Part shown: positions 1 through 7,844 of the stretch, in pieces
How positions within the stretch are numbered: position 1 is the stretch's first letter
Layout of the letters: each line of letters opens with the position of its first letter
NCBI GenBank assembly: GCA_028282585.1
Contig: JANQHR010000164.1
Span: forward strand, 1-35,538
Source: Bacteroidales bacterium
Lineage (GTDB): Bacteria > Bacteroidota > Bacteroidia > Bacteroidales > UBA12077
Direction: 5' to 3'
DNA: 35,538 nt
Notes under the pieces: generated by a model
Told to the model about the DNA's origin: nothing
Database searches by the model: none
What the model saw: the letters and a program-made list of their open reading frames with translations, nothing else
Made by a program: the position numbers and the translations under genes

Positions 1-355
1 ACAATAAACGATTCTCAATACGATAGTATTTAAAAGAAGTTGGAGCAATTTGAGTAAATACTAAAGATGCAAATTGATGATTATAATGAAAACCCTGATT
101 TATTGGGTGGAAAACTTGGTGTTGCCTTGTAGTTTTTCTAATATGCTAGACTTATAAATAAGCAAGAACTATATGATTATGGTTTAGAGCTAATGTATTT
201 GATTTTGAAGATATAAATAAATCATATACATAGTGTCGGACTAGCAGTTATATGATCTTTAAAAGAAGAAGATTAGGAGCTATTTTTATGTATTATTGAA
301 TAGGCTTTTGACAAAATAACGATTACAGGAAATTTTAACCTATGATTTTTATATA
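1..355 (+). pseudogene. lanC: Degraded lanC (lanthionine cyclase) N-terminal relic
   Basis: Frame +1 from 28 reads I*KKLEQFE*ILKMQIDDYNENPDLLGGKLGVAL*FF*YARLINKQELYDYGLE. It aligns without gaps to LanC2 (IEKKIIRFEEILRSNKESYAQSQGLMGGTIGIALYFLYYAKLMDKQEPYDIGLE), 26/54 identities by hand count. Further patches: HIHSVGLAVI*S vs HTHAGGLAGIGS, LKEED vs LREDD, AFDK vs ALDK, and YDF near 341-349. Multiple stops and frameshifts. Confidence 0.85.
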
Positions 356-491
356 AATCCAAGATTGCAAGAAAAAAGCAATTATACATTAAAAGGCCAG
401 ATAAATTATATGTTTTTGTTTTTAAGTAACTTAAAACTTGTTGTAGAATACTTTAAGGCCAATTGTGCTTTTTTAAAACAACTTATTTAAA

Positions 492-1304
492 TTATACAAA
501 AAATTTATTAAGTAGGTTTTTAAACAATTTACTATCCGGATACTTCACTATAGCAACTTGCAGTATTGCCAATGCATCAAATCTACATTCGTTTTCTAAA
601 AATATGAAAAACAGAAATAAATAGTCCATTTTATTATTTAATGGATATGCAGATATTATTCGAATTTCTTCTTCTGGAAGTAACCTGAAATATCCTTTAG
701 CGCTATTACTTCCATTATATAACCTCCATGTATATGATTTGTCGTGTTCAAAAATTGAATTATTAAAATCAGGTTCATAAATAGGGAATTTTAACGTCAA
801 AATTAAAGAGTCATTATCTTTATGAAATATATATAATTTTGCATCTGGAATAAAATCCCCGACTGTATAGAATTTTATATTGGTTTTGTCATAAACATTT
901 GATTCCAACGGGTAAATTGTGAAACTGCTTCTTTCGTTGTTATATAGGTTAGGAAGATAAAAAGAAGGCCTGTTTATAAATTTTGAGATTTTATTTAAAG
1001 TTGAAATTCTAATCCCTGTTATTTCCAGGCTTGTATCAGTTTTTATCTCAATTTTTTCTCCCGCATAAAGAATGGTTTCATTTCCATTTGTATCTATTAG
1101 GCTAAGCTTTCCTTCTTGAATCTCAATTCGATGATTATTTGTATAAACCTGTAGTGAATCTAATTTTCTTTTTTCTCCGTTAACTCTTATAATGGTATGT
1201 TCCTCAAGAGGTAATAAAAGAACGGAATAATTAAATGTTTTTTGAGCTTTAAGCGAAATGAACGAAAAAAGAATAAATACGCTGATTATAACAGATTTTC
1301 TCAT
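492..1304 (-). CDS. Secreted hypothetical protein, DUF928-like C-terminal region
   Basis: 270 aa ORF with SPI signal peptide ending SLKA|Q. The C-terminal YTWRL...GYFRLL...FLENECRFDALAILQVAIVKYPDSKLFKNLL resembles the DUF928 pattern (YxW...G.iR...WYDAL..L.....P......LL). Family call by eye. Confidence 0.6.
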   Translation of the reverse strand: MRKSVIISVFILFSFISLKAQKTFNYSVLLLPLEEHTIIRVNGEKRKLDSLQVYTNNHRIEIQEGKLSLIDTNGNETILYAGEKIEIKTDTSLEITGIRISTLNKISKFINRPSFYLPNLYNNERSSFTIYPLESNVYDKTNIKFYTVGDFIPDAKLYIFHKDNDSLILTLKFPIYEPDFNNSIFEHDKSYTWRLYNGSNSAKGYFRLLPEEEIRIISAYPLNNKMDYLFLFFIFLENECRFDALAILQVAIVKYPDSKLFKNLLNKFFV

Positions 1305-1312
1305 AAAAAAAA

Positions 1313-1320
1313 TAGTTTTG
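1313..1320 (+). promoter_or_regulatory. Bacteroidota sigma-A -7 element upstream of the histidine kinase
   Basis: TAGTTTTG matches TAnnTTTG, 32 nt before the GTG start, in a 48-bp divergent intergenic region. Confidence 0.45.
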
Positions 1321-1352
1321 TAAAACGAAGGTATGAATTTAAGTACTAAAAG

Positions 1353-3176
1353 GTGAAAAAAAGGCTTTTTTTTATAATACTGGTAATATTAATTGGTTTA
1401 TTCATAATTTTTTATTTTACCATATTTTTTGGAAATCAAGTAAGAATAAATTACGACGAATCAGATAAGAATTATGAGAACGCATACAAGTATTTAGAAC
1501 TAGGCGAATATCTAAAGGCTTATGAGTTTGCTATGTCTTCATATTTAATTGAAAAACAAGGCAAAGAAGGTAAAAGGTATGCAGGGGCTCTTAATTTACT
1601 AGGAAATATATATGAAAAAACCGGCCTTTATATAAAAGCTTTGGAAATGCATTATGAATCTCTTGAAATACAAAAGATTCATTACAATGAAAGGGGCATA
1701 GCAAATTCGTACCACAATATAGCTCATTTAAATATGATTGCAGGAAGGTATGATAATGCATATAACTTTTATAGAAAAGCACAGGAAATTTATGAGAATC
1801 TTCAAGGCGATTCTTTAGATTTAATGGAGAATAGAAAAAATCTTGTTAAGATTTATTTGTCAATGGGGAACTATTTTATTACTCAAAAGGATTCAACTCA
1901 AGCGTTTATTTATTTAAAGAAAGCCTTGGTCTTAAGTAAAAAAGATAATGACAGGTTAAATATTGCACAATCTTTTTTGTATTTAGGGAATTGTTATTTT
2001 CAGTGCAATGATTATTTATCAGCTAAGGATTATTATTTGAAATCATTGGAGTTGAATATCGAAGAAAAAAACAGGATTGGCATAATTGTTAACAAAATAA
2101 ACGTAGGAAGGATTTATTATTTATCAAATAGAATAAATGAGTCCATTAATGCTTTAAACTACGCTTTAGATATTGCGGCACAGGTTAATGCAGGAAAACA
2201 AATAGCAGAAGCTTCGGAATTGTTATATTCAATATATTCCGGGATGCCTGATTCTATCGAACAAACAAAAAAATATGCAGCAGTATTTTTAGATTCAAAA
2301 AAATACCTGCCAAATGAGGCTATTCAGGACTCAATCATTCAAAAATCAATAAAATATGAAGTAATATCTAAAAAAAATGAAGAAATTTTAATAGAAAAAT
2401 ATAAAAGGAAAATTACTATAGTATTATTTATTGGTTTGTTAATTGCGTTTGTAATTGGTGCTTGGTTAATTTATGATCGCAATAGGTTAAAACAACAAGC
2501 TTTATATACGAAAAAAATGTCAAATGAAAAACTACTTCGTTACAGGGAGGTATTTAGTGCGATTGAACAAGAGAGAAAAAGAATAGCCGTAGACCTTCAT
2601 GATAGTTTGGGCCAGACGTTAACGGCAACCAGGTTAAGTTTTTCCGGATTAGAGGATTTATTAAGGTTACAGGGAGAGAACGGTAGAAAAAAATATAAGG
2701 ATACAATTGACTTGTTAGATATGTCAAGCAATGAGCTTCGGAATATTTCATTTAATATTATGCCGGGTACTTTGATTAAATTTGGATTAAAGTCTGCTGT
2801 TGAAGAAATAATTCATAGAATCAAAAATAATAATGAGGTTGAGGTTAATTTTAAATCAATTGGATTTGATGAACCCGCTGGTGAAGGGCCGGAAATAATA
2901 ATTTACAGAATAATTCAGGAAATATTGAATAACATACTAAAACATGCACATGCAACGATTATAAATATATATCTCGGAAAAGAACTTAATACGGTAAATC
3001 TAACAATTGAAGATAATGGTGTTGGTATGGAAGATTTTGAGAAACACAAAAATAAGGGTTTAGGTTGGAAGAGTATTTTTTCAAGAGTAGAAATGTTAAA
3101 CGGAAATATAAAAATTAAAACTGAGCTTGATAAAGGAACAAAAATTGATGTAATATTCACTAGTAACAATCTTTAA
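1353..3176 (+). CDS. Membrane sensor histidine kinase with extracytoplasmic TPR repeats (HisKA_3 + HATPase_c)
   Basis: N-terminal TM helix, several TPR-like repeats (ALNLLGNIY, SYHNIAHL, YLSMGNYF, FLYLGNCY, INVGRIY) and a second TM (ITIVLFIGLLIAFVIGAWLIY). H-box ERKRIAVDLHDSLGQ, N-box QEILNNILKHA, G1 DNGVG, G2 GLG. Confidence 0.93.
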   Translation: MKKRLFFIILVILIGLFIIFYFTIFFGNQVRINYDESDKNYENAYKYLELGEYLKAYEFAMSSYLIEKQGKEGKRYAGALNLLGNIYEKTGLYIKALEMHYESLEIQKIHYNERGIANSYHNIAHLNMIAGRYDNAYNFYRKAQEIYENLQGDSLDLMENRKNLVKIYLSMGNYFITQKDSTQAFIYLKKALVLSKKDNDRLNIAQSFLYLGNCYFQCNDYLSAKDYYLKSLELNIEEKNRIGIIVNKINVGRIYYLSNRINESINALNYALDIAAQVNAGKQIAEASELLYSIYSGMPDSIEQTKKYAAVFLDSKKYLPNEAIQDSIIQKSIKYEVISKKNEEILIEKYKRKITIVLFIGLLIAFVIGAWLIYDRNRLKQQALYTKKMSNEKLLRYREVFSAIEQERKRIAVDLHDSLGQTLTATRLSFSGLEDLLRLQGENGRKKYKDTIDLLDMSSNELRNISFNIMPGTLIKFGLKSAVEEIIHRIKNNNEVEVNFKSIGFDEPAGEGPEIIIYRIIQEILNNILKHAHATIINIYLGKELNTVNLTIEDNGVGMEDFEKHKNKGLGWKSIFSRVEMLNGNIKIKTELDKGTKIDVIFTSNNL

Positions 3177-3186
3177 TGAAAATATT

Positions 3187-3855
3187 ATGAATGTTGATAA
3201 TAAGATAAAAGCTATGTTAGTTGACGACCATCCAGTTGTTCTAAACGGCTTAAAGAATTTGATTCATGATATAGGCACTGTTGAAATTATTGCAGAAGCT
3301 TCTAATGGTAAAAATGCACTTGATATTCTTGAAAAATATAGTATTGATATAGTTATTACAGACATAAACATGCCGGAGATGGATGGTATTGAATTAACGA
3401 GAAACGTTAAAAAAAGATATCCTCATACTAAAGTACTTATACTTACAGCGTATAATGAACGGGAAATATTGAAAAGGGCATTTAGCTCTGGAGCAGAGGC
3501 CTGTATATTAAAAAATACGAGTAAAAAAGAGTTGTTAGAGGCGATAAATAAAATTATTGATAATGGATATTATTATTGTGATGAAATACTATCCATAGCG
3601 AGGGGAATACATAAATGTTTTGAGTCGAACATAGAACAACCCGTAATATTAAGCCCTCGTGAATTGGAAGTTTTAGAATTAATACTTCATGGGTTTTCAA
3701 ATAAAGAGATTGCTAATAAGTTAAATATAAGTTTCCACACCGTAAGCTCACACAGGAAAAATACAATGAAAAAAACAGGAAGCCACAACGTATCCGGTTT
3801 GTTCAGTTATGTTCAAAAATTCAATTTATTCCCTGCACTTTTCGAGGAAAACTAA
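3187..3855 (+). CDS. NarL/FixJ (LuxR-HTH) family response regulator
   Basis: Receiver motifs VDDH, TDINMPEMDG, LT, LK. C-terminal LSPRELEVL...SNKEIA..LNIS.HTV..HRKN. Starts 10 bp after the kinase. Confidence 0.95.
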   Translation: MNVDNKIKAMLVDDHPVVLNGLKNLIHDIGTVEIIAEASNGKNALDILEKYSIDIVITDINMPEMDGIELTRNVKKRYPHTKVLILTAYNEREILKRAFSSGAEACILKNTSKKELLEAINKIIDNGYYYCDEILSIARGIHKCFESNIEQPVILSPRELEVLELILHGFSNKEIANKLNISFHTVSSHRKNTMKKTGSHNVSGLFSYVQKFNLFPALFEEN

Positions 3856-3890
3856 CCAAAATAAGTTAGTACCTTTCAAATAAATTAAGG

Positions 3891-6800
3891 CTAACTTCCA
3901 ACTAACAACCATGCACCCCAGTATTTAGGCGAAGCAGTTTTGGGATTTTTTATTAATGCCAGTTTAGCTTTCCTTAGTGCTTCCGTATAGCTTTTTCCAT
4001 CAAGTATATTTTTGTAAAACTGAATCATTAAATCTTTAGTCTGTTCGTCTTGAACATCCCATAATGAAAATACAATATTTGGAACGCCAGAATATAAAAA
4101 CCCTCTGGATAAAGAAAGAAAACCTTCTCCCAGAATTAACTTTCCTAAACCACTTTTACATGAACTTAAGACCAGGAGGTTTGCATTTGATAAATTCAAA
4201 TTATATGTTTCTCCAGCATATAAAATCCCATCTTCATCATTTAAATCATTCATTTTATTGGTATCTGGTTGTGAAAATGCAATTCCTGATAAATTTGGGT
4301 ATAAGTCATTTGTAAAACTATGGCTGGCGATATGAATTAATTTATACTTTTCAATATTTTTTTTAAAGTTCTCTTCACTTGCTTCTTTATGAAAAAAACC
4401 TTTTGCTTCTTTTTTTTGGTTATGATATAATTGCACGATTGATTTTACCTCACTTTCGGAAAACTCAAGTGGATTCAGGTATGTAAAATCATTACTTACC
4501 GAACGGGTTGCCGATTCTATGCCGGTTGTATCAGCAATCCAATCACTTGAAACAATAAATCCATTATTTATTTTTGGGTCAAAGACCGGGGCAAAACCAA
4601 TAAAGTTATTTTCCGTGGCAATCTGGTTCTGTTCTTTCTCTTTGCTGTTCAACCATAATGTAGCAGTATGATGATAAGAGATAGAATAATCCTTTATTAA
4701 GAAATTTAATTTGGTTAAATCTTTTGTATAAATATCTTTTTTACACAAGGTTTCGAAAGGAACATAATATAAACTGCCATCTGGCACAACAACCAGATTG
4801 TTTTTCCCTTCCAGGTATTCTTCTAAGGGTTCTATCAAATAATTGTAGAGGTATGTACTGTTTTTTAGTTCTTTCTCAGCAAAATCAGATTTAATATCAA
4901 GGTAATAATTCATGACTTTTTCATTAAACAGGCTGTCGGTTTTAATGGTTTTTATTGTGTGGTTCTTATTAGTAACCAAACTAATAAATAAGTTGGTATC
5001 ACCAACAAAATAATTAATTAAAACTGAATTTTTGTCGAGTTTTTTTTGAATATCTGCTATTTGAGCTACTTCTTGTTTATACTTTAAGTTAAAATAATCG
5101 GGATAATCATTCTTGATTACGTTAATCAGGCTATCATACTGAATTGAGTAATTAAGTAACCTATCCTGGTAATTTTGGGCCAAAAGAGTGTCGTAGCCAT
5201 CTCTTTGGGCTTTTAAGCGTTGAATTTTTGTTTCAAATTTGCGCCTGTTTTGGGTGATATCTTTTTCCTTTTGCTGCAAAGAATCGGACACGTTCCAGTA
5301 TTGCTTGATTTTCAGGTCATTCAAATAAATACTTAAAGTAGCGCTTTTGGATTTTTCTATAAACTCAAAGGCTTTTTCCAAATTATCATTATTGGCATCT
5401 TTTTTATATAACTCCAAAGCGACTTCCATAGCTTCTTCGTACATATACTTTTTAGTTTTACTAAGAAGTAATTGAGAATTTTCGTGACTGTAATCTGTAC
5501 GAATTTTATGAATTAAATTAGAAGCTAAATCGTATGTTAACAACGAAGCGCGTAAATCAATCATTGCATCACTTTCGTTTTTGTATAGTCGGAAAAATGC
5601 TTGTGCTTTACCCCTTAAGGTTCGATATAACTCAGGAGCAGAGAGTGCATTAAAATGATTTGGGTTATTGTATATATTAGAATCGTTAAAATCAATTAGA
5701 TTTGCCATCAATGCTTCTTGATAATAATTTAATGTTGACTTAAAATCTTTTTCGGCATCGCTAATTAAGGTCATCTTATTATAAGCGTCGGCCAGGTAAG
5801 GATGGTAACTTCCATAAATATGCTTTCTAATTTCCAGCGTTTTTTGAAAATATTTTAATGCATTTTCATAATCCTTTTTGTGCGAATAAATGATTCCAAT
5901 GTTAGTATATAGTTTTGCAACGGTATGATGTTTTTCTCCATTAGTTTGTATTCTAATCTGTAAAGCTTTATTGTACGATTCAAGGGCTTTGTCATAATCT
6001 TTTCTAAAATTATATATTACACCAATGTTAGTATAATTATTGGCTACATTAGGGTGGTTTTCTCCATAAATTGATATGGATAACTTTAAAGCTTTTTCAT
6101 TATATTCCGATGCTTTTTCATAATTGTATATATTACGGTATGCAGCTGCCATATTAGTATAGCAAATTAATGCAATGTTGTTTTTTTCATTTGCACTAAT
6201 ATCTAAAGCTTTATGATAATATTCTAAAGCTTTAATATAATCGCCCATGTAAAAATATGCAAGCCCTAAACTAATATAACTTTTTGCTAAATCAGGGTGG
6301 TTTTTTTCTAATACCAGCAGTCTTATAGTTAAAGATTCCTGATAATATTTTTGTGCTTTACTATAATCTCCTTTAAACAAATAAATAGCTCCGATATTCA
6401 TATAATTAGTTCCCACATTCGGATGGTTTTTGCCGAAAATGTGATTAGTCTGTTCTAATGATTTTGTTAAATATTCAAGCGCTTTGTCATAATTACCTTT
6501 ATATCTATATAATACTCCAATGCTATTATAGGTTTTGGCCACTTTAGGGTGATATTCTTCATGTGATTGAATAGCAATATTTAAAGACCTGTTATAATAT
6601 TCTAATGCTTTGTCATATAATCCTTTGACTTGATATAGTAGTCCGAGGTTCAATAAAGGGGCTATTAAGTCAATATGATTATTTCCCAATAGTTCTTGAT
6701 ATGCTTCTAATGATTTTGTATAGTATTCAAGCCCTTTATCATATTTATTTAAGCGATAATATATGTAACCTTTATTATTCCATATCTTTGCTTTTTTTAG

Positions 6801-7256
6801 TTTTGATATACTGTCATCTCGTGTAATCATAGTAAGAGCACTTTGATAAGATTGAAGCCCTTCTTCGTAACTACTTAATTTTTCATATATAACTCCTTGC
6901 TCAATAAGATTTTCAACTTGTTCATAGTTTTCATGTTTGGTATTTCCTAAAATGTGCTTTTGTGATAATTCAATAGCTATTTGGATGATCGTTAAAGCAG
7001 AATCGGGAATGAAAGCCAGGTTTAAAGATTTAGCTGCTAATCGATAATTCTTTACCGTATTTAACCAATCTTTTTGCTGATTATAACCTTTTGCAGACAT
7101 CGTAAAATAATTAGCAGCACTGTCATATTTAAATGTATCGTAAAAGTTTTTAGCCTTTTGTTCCCAATTGTGAACGTTAATACTATCTGCCTGCTGGCTG
7201 TAGATTAAACCTATATTTAAGGTTATACATAAGGAAAATGTAACAAGTAATTTCAT
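3891..7256 (-). CDS. Secreted TPR-repeat CHAT-domain (caspase-like, clan CD) protease
   Basis: Signal peptide (…LIYS|QQ) and about 10 TPR-like repeats. CHAT motifs: LYNYLIEP, VVPDGSLYYVPFETL, HIASHS (His codon 4320-4322), DGILYAGE, LVLSSCKSG (Cys codon 4158-4160), SLWDVQD, ALRKAK, PKYWGAWLLVG. Confidence 0.93.
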   Translation of the reverse strand: MKLLVTFSLCITLNIGLIYSQQADSINVHNWEQKAKNFYDTFKYDSAANYFTMSAKGYNQQKDWLNTVKNYRLAAKSLNLAFIPDSALTIIQIAIELSQKHILGNTKHENYEQVENLIEQGVIYEKLSSYEEGLQSYQSALTMITRDDSISKLKKAKIWNNKGYIYYRLNKYDKGLEYYTKSLEAYQELLGNNHIDLIAPLLNLGLLYQVKGLYDKALEYYNRSLNIAIQSHEEYHPKVAKTYNSIGVLYRYKGNYDKALEYLTKSLEQTNHIFGKNHPNVGTNYMNIGAIYLFKGDYSKAQKYYQESLTIRLLVLEKNHPDLAKSYISLGLAYFYMGDYIKALEYYHKALDISANEKNNIALICYTNMAAAYRNIYNYEKASEYNEKALKLSISIYGENHPNVANNYTNIGVIYNFRKDYDKALESYNKALQIRIQTNGEKHHTVAKLYTNIGIIYSHKKDYENALKYFQKTLEIRKHIYGSYHPYLADAYNKMTLISDAEKDFKSTLNYYQEALMANLIDFNDSNIYNNPNHFNALSAPELYRTLRGKAQAFFRLYKNESDAMIDLRASLLTYDLASNLIHKIRTDYSHENSQLLLSKTKKYMYEEAMEVALELYKKDANNDNLEKAFEFIEKSKSATLSIYLNDLKIKQYWNVSDSLQQKEKDITQNRRKFETKIQRLKAQRDGYDTLLAQNYQDRLLNYSIQYDSLINVIKNDYPDYFNLKYKQEVAQIADIQKKLDKNSVLINYFVGDTNLFISLVTNKNHTIKTIKTDSLFNEKVMNYYLDIKSDFAEKELKNSTYLYNYLIEPLEEYLEGKNNLVVVPDGSLYYVPFETLCKKDIYTKDLTKLNFLIKDYSISYHHTATLWLNSKEKEQNQIATENNFIGFAPVFDPKINNGFIVSSDWIADTTGIESATRSVSNDFTYLNPLEFSESEVKSIVQLYHNQKKEAKGFFHKEASEENFKKNIEKYKLIHIASHSFTNDLYPNLSGIAFSQPDTNKMNDLNDEDGILYAGETYNLNLSNANLLVLSSCKSGLGKLILGEGFLSLSRGFLYSGVPNIVFSLWDVQDEQTKDLMIQFYKNILDGKSYTEALRKAKLALIKNPKTASPKYWGAWLLVGS
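5700..6800 (-). repeat. Tandem ~42-aa TPR repeats (kinesin-light-chain-like) inside the CHAT protein
   Basis: Recurrent HPx(V/L)AxxYxN(I/L)GxxYxxxGxYxKALEYxxxSL units, e.g. EYHPKVAKTYNSIG, KNHPNVGTNYMNIG, KNHPDLAKSYISLG, ENHPNVANNYTNIG, EKHHTVAKLYTNIG. Boundaries approximate. Confidence 0.85.
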
Positions 7257-7282
7257 GTAAAATCAATTTATTAAATTCTATA

Positions 7283-7321
7283 TCCCATAATCAGGTGATC
7301 AAAAATACACCTTAAAGGGGA
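7283..7321. promoter_or_regulatory. Two candidate NarL-like 7-2-7 sites flanking a minus-strand -7 element for the CHAT gene
   Basis: TCCCATA-at-CAGGTGA (7283-7298) and TACACCT-ta-AAGGGGA (7306-7321), both imperfect inverted repeats. CAAAAATA (7300-7307) reads TATTTTTG on the minus strand. Confidence 0.3.
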
Positions 7322-7442
7322 TTGTTTTAAAAAAACACAAGTTATAACATTGTTAAATAATTTCAATAGTTATTAAACCAAACTAAAGTATAAATCTAGA
7401 ACAGATTTTTAAAATGATAAATATCCTTAACAAAAATATATT

Positions 7443-7484
7443 AACCCTATGGCGGATACCGAAAAGCCATTAAAAGAGTAGGTA
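7443..7484 (+). ncRNA. Candidate small structured RNA element upstream of the precursor gene
   Basis: GC-rich island in AT-rich DNA: CCTA…TAGG closing helix, ATGGC…GCCAT helix and an internal GG-ATA-CC. Reminiscent, from memory only, of the Bacteroidota Flavo-1 motif; not verified. Confidence 0.3.
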
Positions 7485-7507
7485 CTTATTTTTTAATTAA
7501 AATTATT

Positions 7508-7702
7508 ATGAAAAAGAAAGATTTATCAGGAAAGCTTAACCTAAACAAGATTAAGATTTCAAAACTTCAAGCATCAGGAATTAAAGGAGGGTGGATATCA
7601 CATTCTTTATCACCTAATGTTACACAACCATTGTGTGAAACTGATGAGTATAATACATGCCAATGTAATAGTGTGTATTGTACAGATGCAACTTGCCCGT
7701 AA
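7508..7702 (+). CDS. lanA: Class I lanthipeptide precursor (LxLxKx5L leader, double-glycine cleavage site)
   Basis: Leader MKKKDLSGKLNLNKIKISKLQASGIKGG (28 aa). Core WISHSLSPNVTQPLCETDEYNTCQCNSVYCTDATCP (36 aa; 5 Cys, 4 Ser, 5 Thr). Directly upstream of lanC. Confidence 0.93.
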   Translation: MKKKDLSGKLNLNKIKISKLQASGIKGGWISHSLSPNVTQPLCETDEYNTCQCNSVYCTDATCP

Positions 7703-7713
7703 ATATTGAAATT

Positions 7714-7780
7714 AAAAGCTGCCTTAAGGGCTAACTTATAATAGCTATTGATATTTTAAGCTAATTAAGGCAGCTTTTTT
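7714..7780 (+). terminator. Long stem-loop / intrinsic terminator after lanA
   Basis: Perfect 14-bp inverted repeat AAAAGCTGCCTTAA (7714-7727) / TTAAGGCAGCTTTT (7765-7778), with a central palindrome AATAGCTATT and a trailing T-run. Confidence 0.75.
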
Positions 7781-7844
7781 GCCTTGTATTGATTTTGGCA
7801 AACATAGAGTTAAAGTATATACATTTTGCTATTATTAAATTAGA

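Noticed and set aside
28-260. Stop-codon recoding as an explanation for the interrupted lanC-like frame
   Set aside because: TAA aligns to both Glu and Tyr, all three stop codons occur, frameshifts are present, and TAA/TAG/TGA all terminate normal genes in the window. Decay is the simpler explanation.
4390-5050. Homopolymer A/T tracts in the CHAT gene as phase-variation sites
   Set aside because: Runs of 7-9 A/T are frequent throughout this AT-rich window and the frame is intact.
3891-7256. TPR-CHAT as a type III-E CRISPR (Craspase) or Avs/NLR defence effector
   Set aside because: No Cas7-11, array or NTPase domain is present, and the protein has an export signal peptide.
3891-7256. CHAT protein as the lanthipeptide leader peptidase
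   Set aside because: The GG leader and the intact C39 triad in LanT already account for leader removal. Secondary trimming cannot be excluded.
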